Source: Tubiluchus corallicola (taxonomy: Eukaryota > Animalia > Priapulida). From it: 64,000 nt of DNA. The position numbers were made by a program, and so were the translations under genes. Shown piece after piece: positions 1 through 11,801 of the stretch. Positions within the stretch are counted from its first letter, which is position 1. Each line of letters opens with the position of its first letter. The notes below the pieces were generated by a model, which was not told where the DNA came from, made no database searches, and worked only from the letters and a program-made list of their open reading frames with translations. The DNA lies in the NCBI GenBank assembly GCA_030141605.1, contig JAQGDQ010000189.1:62001-126000 (forward strand), given 5' to 3'.

Positions 1-509
1 CACTGCTTTCAGAGGAGTTTTTGAGGGTGGGACTGGATGTTGATCTAAAGAGAAAAAGGTTTATTGATGTGCAAACAATTTTCCATAAGATGGAGAGAAG
101 AACTCTGTCTGCTGCATATAAGTTTTATTGTGGGCAGGAGCTGGAAGAGGCACATAGTGCCAAGGCGGACACCAGAGCCACGTATGAGGTTTTAAAAGCA
201 CAGCTGGACAGGTACGAGGGTGTTGAGGTGGAAGAGAATAAAAAAAGAGAGGTGCCTGTTGTTAACGATGTGGAAGCTCTGTCCAAGTTTTCTTCCCACA
301 ATAGGAATGTTGATTTTGCAGGTAGAATCATTTATAATGATGACGGGGTTGAGGTGTTTAATTTTGGGAAATACAAGGGGAAACCTGTAGAGGAGGTGCT
401 TAAAGAGGATTTTGGGTACTACGGCTGGATGCTTAATAATGAGTTTCCTTTGTACACAAAGAAGGTGCTTACCTCCATTAAGCTCAGAGCATTTCATAAG
501 GAGGCGTAG
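1..509 (+). CDS. 3'-5' exonuclease, DnaQ/DNA polymerase III epsilon-like (5' end lies outside the window)
   Basis: Open frame from the window edge; ExoIII motif HSAxADT and the Bacteroidota C-terminal 'FNFGKYKG' motif. Confidence 0.85.
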   Translation, partial: LLSEEFLRVGLDVDLKRKRFIDVQTIFHKMERRTLSAAYKFYCGQELEEAHSAKADTRATYEVLKAQLDRYEGVEVEENKKREVPVVNDVEALSKFSSHNRNVDFAGRIIYNDDGVEVFNFGKYKGKPVEEVLKEDFGYYGWMLNNEFPLYTKKVLTSIKLRAFHKEA

Positions 510-563
510 CTTCCTGCTTACTTTTTCAAATGTGCTGAGAGAGCTTGGATATAGTTTATAGTA

Positions 564-1172
564 ATGAAGGTAATATGTATAGGCAGAAATTTTGCAGAGC
601 ATGCAAAGGAGCTTAATAACAGGGTTACAAGTGAACCTGTTTTTTTCATGAAACCGGATTCCTCCCTGTTGATTAATAATTTTCCTTTTTATATCCCTGA
701 TTTTTCGAATGAGATACATTATGAGGTAGAGCTGATATTGAAGGTTAGTCGCCTCGGAAAAAATATAGATAAGAGGTTTGCCCATCGTTATTATGACAAG
801 ATAGGCTTGGGTGTGGATTTTACCGCAAGGGATGTGCAGCGAGTCTGCAAAGAGAAGGGGCTACCTTGGGAAAAGGCAAAAGGGTTTGACGCATCGGCAG
901 TAGTAGGCAAGTTTGTGCCTAAAGAGAAATTTAAAAGCTCCTCAATTAGTTTTTCTCTATTAAAAAACGGAGAGAGGGTTCAATCCGGCAATTCATCGGA
1001 TATGATCTTCTCATTTGATGAGATTATAGCTTATGTGTCTAAGTTTCTTACTTTGAAGATAGGAGATCTCATATACACAGGAACCCCTGCAGGAGTTGGG
1101 AAGGTGTCGATAGGCGATCAGCTAAAAGGGTATATTGGTGATGAGTTGTTTTTTGACTTTTTAATAAAATAA
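564..1172 (+). CDS. Fumarylacetoacetate hydrolase family protein
   Basis: ICIGRNF..H, FMKP, HYEVEL, DFTARD, KGFD and TGTPAGVG motifs. Confidence 0.92.
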   Translation: MKVICIGRNFAEHAKELNNRVTSEPVFFMKPDSSLLINNFPFYIPDFSNEIHYEVELILKVSRLGKNIDKRFAHRYYDKIGLGVDFTARDVQRVCKEKGLPWEKAKGFDASAVVGKFVPKEKFKSSSISFSLLKNGERVQSGNSSDMIFSFDEIIAYVSKFLTLKIGDLIYTGTPAGVGKVSIGDQLKGYIGDELFFDFLIK

Positions 1173-1267
1173 GCAGGTGTCATAAATTAACTTATATAGG
1201 TTAGGCAACAAACAGACGATTTCGTATAACTATAATAGACTATTTTAAATAACCTAATAAAGAAGGA

Positions 1268-1702
1268 ATGAGAATTTTATTAATACTCACGGCCCTTTTG
1301 CTAAGCTTCAATATTGAGATTCAGGGTAAAACGGAGGGTAAAACGGAGAAAGGTCAGGATGGTAATGGTATGAAAACCATGCCATTTCATTTAAGTTTTG
1401 TAACGCCGATAGGGACCAATGGAATGGAGTCATGGAACACCATTAATAATATATCGGTTAACCTGCTTGGAGGGTATTCAGGAGGGCTGGATGGAGTTGA
1501 GTTTGCCGGGCTTTTTAATGTGCTTAATAGCGATGTGAAGGGAGCACAGTTTGCCGGGTTCGCAAATTGTAGTAAAGACTATTTTGAAGGCGCGCAGTTT
1601 GCCGGATTTGCAAATAGTGTAATAAAGGATATTAAAGGCGTGCAGTTTGCTGGATTTGCAAATTGTGCAGTAGGCATAGAAATGTTGCAGATATTGTATT
1701 GA
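1268..1702 (+). pseudogene. Truncated secreted protein with 15-aa GxQFAGFAN repeats (LA_2272-like surface repeat family)
   Basis: Signal peptide and four GxxFAGxxN repeats; the frame then runs into antisense ISL3 sequence at ~1675 and stops. Confidence 0.7.
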
Positions 1703-1749
1703 ATGATTTAAAGACACTGTTTCACAAAGTGTGTAAACTAAAAAAATGC

Positions 1750-3087
1750 GACACTGTTTCACAAAGTGTGTAAACTAAAAAAATGCCGAGGGTTTGGCTA
1801 TTTATAGCTGGACCCTTTTTTCAAATATAACTAAGAACTGATTCAAGACAATGCCCCAGTTTCTGATTGGCATTGACCATTTTTTAGTTGCTTCTCTGGT
1901 TGCCAAAAATACAGATTTCATTACAGCCTGGTCTGACGGGAATGAAAGTTTGTTTTTTGTGTATTTTCTGATTTTTCCGTTGAGATTCTCAATCAGGTTG
2001 GTTGTATAAATTATCTTTCTGATTTCCAGCGGAAACTCAAAGAATACTGTTAGGTCTTCCCAGTTGTCTCGCCAGCTTTTAATTGCGTAAGAGTATTTAT
2101 CCTCCCAAGCTGATGCAAAATCTTCTAAAGCTGCTTTTGCAGCCTCTTTTGTAGGGGCGTTATAGATTTGCTTCATATCTTTTGTAAATGCCTTTTTATC
2201 TTTCCAAACCACGTATCTGCTTGCGTTACGGATTTGATGAACAACACATATTTGTGTTTTAGATTCAGGGAAAACAGTTCGGATAGTATCTGTAAAGCCA
2301 TTCAAGTTATCTGTTGCCGTAATCAGGATATCGTTAACTCCACGGGCTTTTATATCGGTAAGTACATTCATCCAAAAGGCAGCGGACTCACTCTTGCCCA
2401 ACCATAAGCCAAGAACCTCTTTTTTCCCATCTCTGCGAAGTCCTACGGCAATGTAAACGGTTTTGTTGACGACCTTAGAGTTCTCCCGCACTTTAAATAC
2501 AATGCCATCCATCCAAACAATTAGGTATACAATTTCCAGAGGTCGGTTCTGCCACGCTACAATGTCGTTGGTGACTGAATCGGTAATCCTTGATATGGTG
2601 GATGTGGAAACTTCAAAACCGTATAGCTCCCGAATTTGCTCTTCAATATCGCTATTACTCATTCTTTTAGCATAAAACGAAACAATGATATTCTCTAAGC
2701 CATCGACCATGTTCCCTCCTTTGGGTACAATCATCGGATTAAACGAAGCATCACGGTCTCGGGGAACCTGAATGTTGGATTCTCCCAGAGTGGTTCGGAC
2801 TCTCTTCTCTGAATAGCCATTGCGGGCATTCTGATTATCCGATTTTTGATTCTTATCATAGCCTAAATGACCATCGAGTTCTCCTTCAAGCATCTTTTCA
2901 ATGCCTCGTTTTTGGAGCTCTTGTAAAAAACCATTGAGCTCTTCCCCTGAATTAAACTGTTCAAGGAAATCATCATTTAATAAATCTTCTTTTTTCATTA
3001 CTGTCTAAAGTTTTAAAATTAAACAAAAAAATGCCGAGGGTTGCAACCCTCGGCATTTTCTATTTACACAGTTTATGAGATAGTGCT
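1750..3087 (-). mobile_element. IS256-family element, copy 1 (1338 bp); extra 37-bp copy of its end at 1713-1749
   Basis: Imperfect terminal IRs GACACTGTTTCACAAAGTGTGTAAA / AGCACTATCTCATAAACTGTGTAAA; 8-bp TSD GATTTAAA at 1705-1712 and 3088-3095. Confidence 0.95.
1802..2998 (-). CDS. IS256-family DDE transposase
   Basis: RNGY, PRDR, WQNRPL, WMDG, QICVVH, YTTNLIE motifs; 398 aa. Confidence 0.95.
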   Translation of the reverse strand: MKKEDLLNDDFLEQFNSGEELNGFLQELQKRGIEKMLEGELDGHLGYDKNQKSDNQNARNGYSEKRVRTTLGESNIQVPRDRDASFNPMIVPKGGNMVDGLENIIVSFYAKRMSNSDIEEQIRELYGFEVSTSTISRITDSVTNDIVAWQNRPLEIVYLIVWMDGIVFKVRENSKVVNKTVYIAVGLRRDGKKEVLGLWLGKSESAAFWMNVLTDIKARGVNDILITATDNLNGFTDTIRTVFPESKTQICVVHQIRNASRYVVWKDKKAFTKDMKQIYNAPTKEAAKAALEDFASAWEDKYSYAIKSWRDNWEDLTVFFEFPLEIRKIIYTTNLIENLNGKIRKYTKNKLSFPSDQAVMKSVFLATREATKKWSMPIRNWGIVLNQFLVIFEKRVQL

Positions 3088-3860
3088 GATTTAAAACCTG
3101 AATCGGTAACATCATCGAACCATTTAGCCATTTTACTATAAGCTACATTTTTATCTGTATTCTTCGAAAATATAATTCTAAGTGAATGTGTAAGAGAATA
3201 TGCTTGTTTTATATCTGGATATAGCTCGAATAATAAAGCAGCCCTTTTTTTCTGTTTATCAGTCCATTTGTCACCAGATTTAAATAGTAAATACCTACTA
3301 CGGGCAAGTAACTGCTTTTTTGTATCCCCATTACTCAATATTTTAGGAATATATTTTTGCTTGTCAGCTTTTGCATTTTCAATAGCATTAGTTTCTTCAT
3401 TTAAAGCATCCCAACGATGAGCTATACGCATCTCTTGCAAAGCATCATATGCTAATTTTTGAACATGAAAACGGTCTATCACACGTTTGGCCTTTGGAAA
3501 ACAAGTTCGTATTATTTTACGCATAGAACTTGCCATATCCAAGCTAACTTCTTCTACGCAGTCTCTTTTCTCTTCTGGGATCTTATTTAAAACTTCAATT
3601 ACTTTCTCAGCTGTTGTTCCTTCTACCATCGCAAGCAAAGAACCTTTTTTTCCTTTTCCGGCTTTATTCGTTACAACTGTATAAAGTTCTCCATTAGTTA
3701 AAACTGTTTCATCAATGCTTAATTGAGAGCCGATATTATCAGCAAATAAAATCCAATCTTTGGCATGTGATTTTTGTTCCCAAGCTTGATATTTAGATGA
3801 TCTTTATACTGCCTGCCAAAATAAGTGCCATTAATATGATAATGTTTCGCTAAACTATTA
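3088..3860 (-). pseudogene. ISL3 transposase catalytic region, frameshifted near 3795 and cut by IS256
   Basis: Frame 'QYKDHL' does not continue in frame into 'YQAWEQKSHA'; ORF 3060-3638 has DDE_Tnp_ISL3-type motifs. Confidence 0.8.
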
Positions 3861-4226
3861 GAACTTATTGGGTAAGTATCCAAATAATCCTTTTAAAAAA
3901 TCAGCAAACTCTTTCGAGTAGCTGCTACCACCTGCTGCTAAATCCCAACTTCGACTATATATTTTCCCTGTTTCTTTGTCTTGCCATTTTCTACGGCGAA
4001 CTATCAAATAGACACTCTTTCTGCGTAAGGGAAAATCCTGAACTTTTATTGCTTCATCAAAACCATAAGATATCAATGATTTGTCTTTATGTTCTGGTGG
4101 AACTATTTTTTTCTTATCAAGATATAAATTCAATTCTTTGACATTGGTTTCATTTATTGAAACTAAGTCAAAATATTCAAATAATTCTTCTGGAAGTAAG
4201 TGACGCAATAAGATTTCTGTTTTCAT
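3858..4226 (-). CDS. ISAon1/ISL3 transposase N-terminal region protein
   Basis: LLPE..YFDL, QDFPLR..VYL.VRRRKW, EFADFLK pattern. Confidence 0.85.
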   Translation of the reverse strand: MKTEILLRHLLPEELFEYFDLVSINETNVKELNLYLDKKKIVPPEHKDKSLISYGFDEAIKVQDFPLRRKSVYLIVRRRKWQDKETGKIYSRSWDLAAGGSSYSKEFADFLKGLFGYLPNKF

Positions 4227-4432
4227 CGTGGTAAGATAAAATAATACTTCTTATTTTACCAACCTTAATTTTGAACTGATCCTGTAAATGGCTTTGATGA
4301 AAAATTACGCTGTGAGCTTTGCTGTCTTCTCAACCCCCGCCTTTCGATAGAAGGCTAAGACAACAGTGAGAATATTTTTCGCTCCGCCTTTTGCTGTTTT
4401 TCTATCAAAAATCTTTAGTGGGGAGCGACTAT

Positions 4433-5356
4433 TTAGTTGTTCTCTATCTTGCCTTTCAGCGATTGAAACCCTTCGCCAAGTATTTCACTTGCATCCATAA
4501 TTGTGATAAAAGCATCCGGGTCGATAGAGTGGATATACTGTTCAATTATAGCAACCTCTCTGCGGCTTACTACTGTAAATATTATGTTTTTATCTTCATT
4601 GGTATACATACCTTTTCCTTTAAGGCATGTTCCCCCCCTGCCTATGTCTACTAGTAATTTTTCCCGGACCTCTTCATATTTTTCAGATATAATAAAGAGG
4701 GCTTTATTGTATCTTGCTCCTTCTATAAGCATGTCAATAGCCCTGCCTGCAATGAATATTGTTATTAGGCTGTATAGCGGTATTTTCCAGTCACTGAAAA
4801 CTATCAAGGCTAGCATAACAATAGTTGTATCCACCCATATCAGCGTTTGTCCGATCGGTATATTAATGTGCCTGGAAAGTATCGTGGCAATAATATCGCT
4901 TCCCCCTGATGTAGCTTTTGATTTAAAGATCATCCCAAGCCCTGTACCCGATAGTACCCCCCCGAAAATACACGAAAGGAGGGTGTCATCCACCAGTGGG
5001 GCATCCCCAACTTCGCGGGCCCAAGTAATACCGTCCATAAACAGGGATGAAATTACAAATCCGTAAACTGTCTTCACTCCAAATTTCGGTCCCAGCACCC
5101 TTACACCAATGTAGGTGAGGGGAATATTTATTATAAGTCCAAACATTCCAACTGGGAAGCCATCAGTGAACAGAGGCATGCCCTTTGTGAGATAGTGTAC
5201 AATAATGCCGACACCATAAATGCCACCGGGGACAATTTTATGAGGTGTAATAAAGAATACGTACCCTGTAACCAATATAAGTGAGCCTATCGTTATCAGA
5301 GTATAGTCTATAAACCACTGTCGTGAAAAGATTTTATCTTTAGGTAAGAAAGCCAT
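4433..5356 (-). CDS. YitT family membrane protein (DUF161 + DUF2179)
   Basis: PGG..G, NIPL, TSGGSDI, GxGMYT, DPDAFI, GEGF motifs. Confidence 0.9.
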   Translation of the reverse strand: MAFLPKDKIFSRQWFIDYTLITIGSLILVTGYVFFITPHKIVPGGIYGVGIIVHYLTKGMPLFTDGFPVGMFGLIINIPLTYIGVRVLGPKFGVKTVYGFVISSLFMDGITWAREVGDAPLVDDTLLSCIFGGVLSGTGLGMIFKSKATSGGSDIIATILSRHINIPIGQTLIWVDTTIVMLALIVFSDWKIPLYSLITIFIAGRAIDMLIEGARYNKALFIISEKYEEVREKLLVDIGRGGTCLKGKGMYTNEDKNIIFTVVSRREVAIIEQYIHSIDPDAFITIMDASEILGEGFQSLKGKIENN

Positions 5357-5457
5357 GGGTTCGAAGGTATTTAATTATTGTGATAAACCTTTTATAAAAT
5401 TCATCATATCTACTAAGTGTTTTGCATTATACAAGTCTCATAGTATGAGTTTTCATT

Positions 5458-7365
5458 CTATCTTTCCAAAAGGCAAAGTTCTCCTTTATTATTCAGTGTC
5501 AACATCCCATTATCAAGCATCCACCGCGATACTGTGAGGATATCATTGCCATCTTTCCCCATCTTATATACCAGTGCTTTAACCGGTATTTGTTCTTTCT
5601 GCAAGTAGCTTATCAGTAGTTCCTGCAACTCCTCGAAGCGATGAAGTGTAACGCCTGAATCGTGCTCCTTTTTACACACGTCGCAAGAGCCACACCTGTC
5701 TGAGCCTTTCTGCCCAAAATATTCCAAAAGGAAAACGCTCCTGCATTTGTTGTTTTGGTCAGCATAGTCAAGAACCTTCTCCACCTGTGAAGCATAGCGC
5801 TCTTTTCTTATATGGTAAGCTTCAGGAGTGATGGTAAGATATCTATCCTTTATCCTCTCTTTCAGAAAGACAATAACAGGTAGGTCTTTGCGTGGTATAT
5901 AGTGTATTATCTTTAATGAACTCAGCTGCTTAAGGTATTGGTATATAGTGTCTCTGCTCACATTTGCATCACGTGCCAGTACCTGTTCGTTAATATTGGT
6001 ATACTCCGAAAACAGGCCGGTATAGGAACGTAGCAGTAGCTTTGTGAAGTTTTCAAGCGAGTTGTTCCCAGTCTGGAACCGGTATAAGTCATCGCGCTTT
6101 ATCTTAAAATAGACCCGCGAATAGCTGCTTTGCCCGTCTGATAGTTCAATGTACCCCTCTCGCTCCAGAATTTTGATGCTATTGTAAGCGGTTGTTATGC
6201 TAAACTTGAAGTTGCGTGCAAAGTCTGCTATGTCAAAATTAAAAGATCTCTCTTTGCCTGTTCCCAAAGCTATAGCGAGATAGTTGCATAAAGATTGGTA
6301 CACCTTTTTCACTACAGGTATATCCGGAAAGCTGTCGGTAACCATCTTGCGCAGCCGCCTCTTATCAATGCTGTTATACAGCATTACAGCCACAGCTCTT
6401 TTCCTATCTCTGCCTGCTCTTCCCGCTTCCTGGAAATATGCTTCCAGTGAGTCGGGCAGGTCAACATGTATCACAAAACGCACATCAGGCTTATCTATGC
6501 CCATGCCAAACGCATTGGTGGACACCATCACACGTACCTCTCCCTGTTTCCACCTATTCTGCTTTTCACTCCTTATATCATTATCAATTCCGGCGTGGTA
6601 GAAGTCAGCAGAGATACCGTTTTGAGCTAGCAGTCCAGCAATCTCTTTTGTCCTTTTTCTATTTCTCACATACACTATGCCCGTGCCCCTTGCTCTCTTT
6701 ACTGTGTTTACGATATAGCCATGCTTATCTTCCTTGCCCCTCACAATATACGAGAGGTTGTCTCTTTTAAAACTTTGCTCTAAAACATTCCTCTCTTTAA
6801 ATAATAGTTTATCCTGAATATCATTTACAACATCGGGAGTTGCGGTAGCTGTCAGAGCCAGAAATGGTATGTTGGGGAAGGTTTTTCGCAATTCAGATAT
6901 TCTCAGGTAAGATGGTCTGAAATCGTAACCCCACTGGGAGATACAGTGAGCTTCGTCAACAGTAATAAGATTCAGGTTTATTTTCGATAACAACTCTTTA
7001 AATTGCTCGTTTCCCAAGCGCTCAGGAGATACATATAGAAATTTATAGTCTCCATAGATAGCATTGTTAATTGTAACATCAATTTCTCGTCGGGACATTC
7101 CCGAAAAAATTGCCAGCGCTTTTATATTTTTTGCCTTAAGGTTCTCTACCTGATCTTTCATAAGCGCTATAAGAGGAGATACAACCAGGCACACCCCCTC
7201 TTTAGAGAGTGAGTAAACCTGAAAAGTAATAGATTTCCCCCCTCCTGTTGGCATTAGCCCAAGAGTGTCTTTCCCTTTTGCTACAGACCTGATAATATCC
7301 TCCTGTAGGGGCCTGAACTGCTCATACCCCCAATATTCTAATAATATTTTGTGAAAATGACTCAT
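5458..7365 (-). CDS. recQ: RecQ-family ATP-dependent DNA helicase (second RecQ type of Bacteroidota)
   Basis: MPTGGGKS, VDEAHCISQWGYDFRP, QEAGRAGRD and the Zn-binding CR..YFG..CG.CD.C motif. Confidence 0.92.
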   Translation of the reverse strand: MSHFHKILLEYWGYEQFRPLQEDIIRSVAKGKDTLGLMPTGGGKSITFQVYSLSKEGVCLVVSPLIALMKDQVENLKAKNIKALAIFSGMSRREIDVTINNAIYGDYKFLYVSPERLGNEQFKELLSKINLNLITVDEAHCISQWGYDFRPSYLRISELRKTFPNIPFLALTATATPDVVNDIQDKLLFKERNVLEQSFKRDNLSYIVRGKEDKHGYIVNTVKRARGTGIVYVRNRKRTKEIAGLLAQNGISADFYHAGIDNDIRSEKQNRWKQGEVRVMVSTNAFGMGIDKPDVRFVIHVDLPDSLEAYFQEAGRAGRDRKRAVAVMLYNSIDKRRLRKMVTDSFPDIPVVKKVYQSLCNYLAIALGTGKERSFNFDIADFARNFKFSITTAYNSIKILEREGYIELSDGQSSYSRVYFKIKRDDLYRFQTGNNSLENFTKLLLRSYTGLFSEYTNINEQVLARDANVSRDTIYQYLKQLSSLKIIHYIPRKDLPVIVFLKERIKDRYLTITPEAYHIRKERYASQVEKVLDYADQNNKCRSVFLLEYFGQKGSDRCGSCDVCKKEHDSGVTLHRFEELQELLISYLQKEQIPVKALVYKMGKDGNDILTVSRWMLDNGMLTLNNKGELCLLER

Positions 7366-7647
7366 ACAGTTTTTCTAAAGATCGACAGGGACAACTTTAA
7401 CCAGTAAATTTATAATATTCGTGCGTATTAATATTGAAACAGACCACACATTACTGCAATTTAATTTTTAGAGTGCTATATTGGATAATACTTTTTATAG
7501 GTAGAGTCAGCCATGGACGGTGGTATTGGAAAACTTGGGTGTTTTTATAGTCTAACCTGGCAATTTGTGAAAAATTCAAGTATAGCATTTGAGATAAATA
7601 ATTTACCTTTACAAAGTTTTACTTGTATAAAAAATGATCATATTCCC

Positions 7648-9144
7648 ATGGCTTATTATGTAGAAGATGTGTCAAGAACTTTTAATGAATATCTGCTTAT
7701 ACCGGGTTTGACAACCCAAACGTGTATCCCCGATAACGTGTCTTTAAAGACACCCCTGTCGAGGTTTAACAAAGGAGGTGTCCCCGATTTGGAGTTGAAT
7801 ATTCCATTTGTGTCGGCTATAATGCAATCTGTATCTGATCATAATATGGCAATAACACTGGCGAGAAACGGAGGGCTATCATTTATTTTTGCTTCCCAGC
7901 CTATTGCTCAGCAGGCCAATATGGTGCGTAAGGTGAAAAAGTTTAAGTCGGGATTTGTCGTTAGTGACTCCAATCTTACCCCGGACAGCACTTTAAAAGA
8001 TGTAGTGGAGCTAAAAGCCAGGACCAGGCACTCCAATGTTGGAGTAACATATGACGGATCGCCCAATGGCAAGTTGATGGGAATTGTTACAGGCCGTGAT
8101 TATAGGATAAGCAGGGATAGCTATGATAAGAAGGTAAGTAGCTTTATGACACCATTTTCTAAGCTGGTAACGGAGAAAATTGGCATATCTCTAAAAGAGG
8201 CAAATGATGTTATTTGGGAAAATAAGCTTAACTGTCTTCCAATAATTGACGATAAGCAAAATCTGCAATATTTTGTTTTTCGTAAAGATTATAATGAGCA
8301 TAAAGAGTTCCCTAGTGAGTTGTCGGATGCGAATAAAAAGCTGTTGGTGGGGGCGGGCATAAACACCAAAGATTATAAAGAGCGGGTACCGGAGTTGGTT
8401 GACGCTGGTGTTGATATTCTTTGTATCGACTCGTCTGATGGATATTCCGAATGGCAGAAAGAGACAATAGAATACGTAAAGACAAAATACAACGGAAAAG
8501 TGAAAGTAGGTGCAGGCAATGTTGTAGATTCCGACGGATTTATTTACCTGGCTAATGCCGGCGCTGACTTTATAAAGGTGGGGATAGGGGGTGGTTCTAT
8601 ATGTATTACACGCGAACAGAAGGGGATAGGAAGAGGACAGGCCACTGCCCTAATGGATGCTGCTAAAGCTAGAGATAAATATTATTGTGATACCGGGACG
8701 TATATACCCATCTGCTCAGATGGTGGTATTGTCCAGGACTACCATATGGTTTTAGCTCTTGCAATGGGTGCCGACTTTTTGATGATGGGCAGATATTTTG
8801 CAAGGTTTGACGAGAGTCCGACAAAAAAAATAAAAATAAGAAATAACTATGTAAAAGAGTATTGGGGGGAGGGATCAAACAGGGCGCGCAACTGGCAACG
8901 ATATGATACAGGGGGTGGAGGTGAGCTAAAGTTTGAAGAGGGTGTAGACAGCTATGTCCCTTACGCAGGGAAGCTGAAAGACAACATTGATATAACTCTG
9001 GACAAGATAAAGTCTACAATGTGCTGCTGTGGCGTAAAAACAATAAAGAAGCTAAAGGAGAAGGCGAAGATAACCCTTGTTTCATCGACGGGTATAATAG
9101 AGGGTGGCATACATGACGTGACACCTAAAGAAACAGGTATATAG
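7648..9144 (+). CDS. IMP dehydrogenase, second type with CBS domains (likely start MAYYVEDVS at 7648)
   Basis: [25 protein letters not shown] (catalytic Cys), SDGG, YWGEGS, EEGV. Confidence 0.85.
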   Translation: MAYYVEDVSRTFNEYLLIPGLTTQTCIPDNVSLKTPLSRFNKGGVPDLELNIPFVSAIMQSVSDHNMAITLARNGGLSFIFASQPIAQQANMVRKVKKFKSGFVVSDSNLTPDSTLKDVVELKARTRHSNVGVTYDGSPNGKLMGIVTGRDYRISRDSYDKKVSSFMTPFSKLVTEKIGISLKEANDVIWENKLNCLPIIDDKQNLQYFVFRKDYNEHKEFPSELSDANKKLLVGAGINTKDYKERVPELVDAGVDILCIDSSDGYSEWQKETIEYVKTKYNGKVKVGAGNVVDSDGFIYLANAGADFIKVGIGGGSICITREQKGIGRGQATALMDAAKARDKYYCDTGTYIPICSDGGIVQDYHMVLALAMGADFLMMGRYFARFDESPTKKIKIRNNYVKEYWGEGSNRARNWQRYDTGGGGELKFEEGVDSYVPYAGKLKDNIDITLDKIKSTMCCCGVKTIKKLKEKAKITLVSSTGIIEGGIHDVTPKETGI

Positions 9145-9317
9145 GCTATGTGTTAAACCATGGTTTTTGCAGATTGGATTGGTCTAGGCAGAAAAATGTT
9201 CGGTGAAAAGCTCAATGTAATAAGGATTTTGAAGAGATATTTGGTGAAAGTATTAATAAAAGATGTATTTTGCAAAGGTCTAGAACCTATATATTTACTA
9301 ACATTTAACAGGTATAA

Positions 9318-10808
<1,491 letters not shown>

Positions 10809-10927
10809 GAGTGTCCGAGGTTTTTCATGCTCAGAGAGTCTCGCGTTGTTGTAGTTGTATTATGCTGGTTTTGACAAGATTAAGGCTTTTGTAAGACGAG
10901 ATATTTTGGTTCAGAAAGTTTTTACAG

Positions 10928-11779
10928 ATGAGAAATGAATACTTAGTAGCACTTCTGTTGGTTGTATTTGCCTGTGATGGCAGCTATAAAATAGAAAATG
11001 AAAAGGTTATAGTGGCTACTGTAGGAGAAAAGCATTTGTATGCTTCCGACCTGCCCAAAACTACGGCTACCCATAGCCAAGCGTTTGACGATAGCGTAAA
11101 GCAGTCCAGGGAGTATATACAGCAGTGGGTTCACCAGGAACTGATGCTTATGGAAGCAGAAAGGAGTCTTACTCCTGAACAAAAAGATGTGAGCAGAGAG
11201 CTGGAAGAGTACAGAGCCTCCCTTGTTGTACACAGGTATCAACAGGAGATGGTAAAGAGGCTTCTCGACACAGTTGTAACAAAAGAGGATATAGCCGACT
11301 TTTATGCCAAATTTCCTGAAAAGTTTATGTTAAATAATAATGTGGTAAAGTGTGTATACATTAAGGTTCCCAAAAGCGTTGCAGACACTGCTCATGTGAA
11401 ATCATTAATTTTATCAGAAAAAGAGGAGAGTATTAAGAAGCTTGAAGAGTATAGTATTCAGTATGCCACAAAGTTTGGAAACTTCAGCGAGCAGTGGGTC
11501 AACTTTAGTGTAATAAGTTATGCCCTGCCTGTGGAAATTAATGATCAGGCGGTTTTCCTGAGAAAAAATAAGCATATAGAGGTAGATGATGATATTTTCT
11601 ACTATTTTGTTGCCATTAAGGATTTTCGCCTTAGAGGAGAAGAAGCACCTTATAACTTTATGGAGAATCAAATAGAAAACTTAATTTTGAACCGCAGAAA
11701 GATTGAGCTTATTAACAAGTTGGATAAAGATATATATGATAGTGGTAGGAATAGGGGGAAGTTCACTATAAAGGATTGA
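10928..11779 (+). CDS. Lipoprotein, PPIase/SurA-associated
   Basis: Lipobox VFAC; 'VA.VG..LY.SDL' pattern; position between guaB and surA as in other Bacteroidota. Confidence 0.7.
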   Translation: MRNEYLVALLLVVFACDGSYKIENEKVIVATVGEKHLYASDLPKTTATHSQAFDDSVKQSREYIQQWVHQELMLMEAERSLTPEQKDVSRELEEYRASLVVHRYQQEMVKRLLDTVVTKEDIADFYAKFPEKFMLNNNVVKCVYIKVPKSVADTAHVKSLILSEKEESIKKLEEYSIQYATKFGNFSEQWVNFSVISYALPVEINDQAVFLRKNKHIEVDDDIFYYFVAIKDFRLRGEEAPYNFMENQIENLILNRRKIELINKLDKDIYDSGRNRGKFTIKD

Positions 11780-11801
11780 TATAAGTTACACCAGTTTTAA
11801 T

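Larger units (their letters stand above)
1675..4282 (-). mobile_element. ISL3-family (ISAon1-like) element, inactivated: frameshifted, interrupted by IS256, distal end deleted
   Basis: Left end GGATCAGTTCAAAA at 4282; N-terminal ORF 3858-4226 with TTTTTTAAAA slippery site; transposase motifs IDET, DMA, IDRFHV, RSRYLLFK; 'SGFKS|FNTISAT' continues at 1712-1680 on the far side of IS256. Confidence 0.8.

Noticed and set aside
7513-7647. 45-aa N-terminal extension on the first IMPDH
   Set aside because: Recognisable homology begins at MAYY (7648); the upstream ATG is probably not used.
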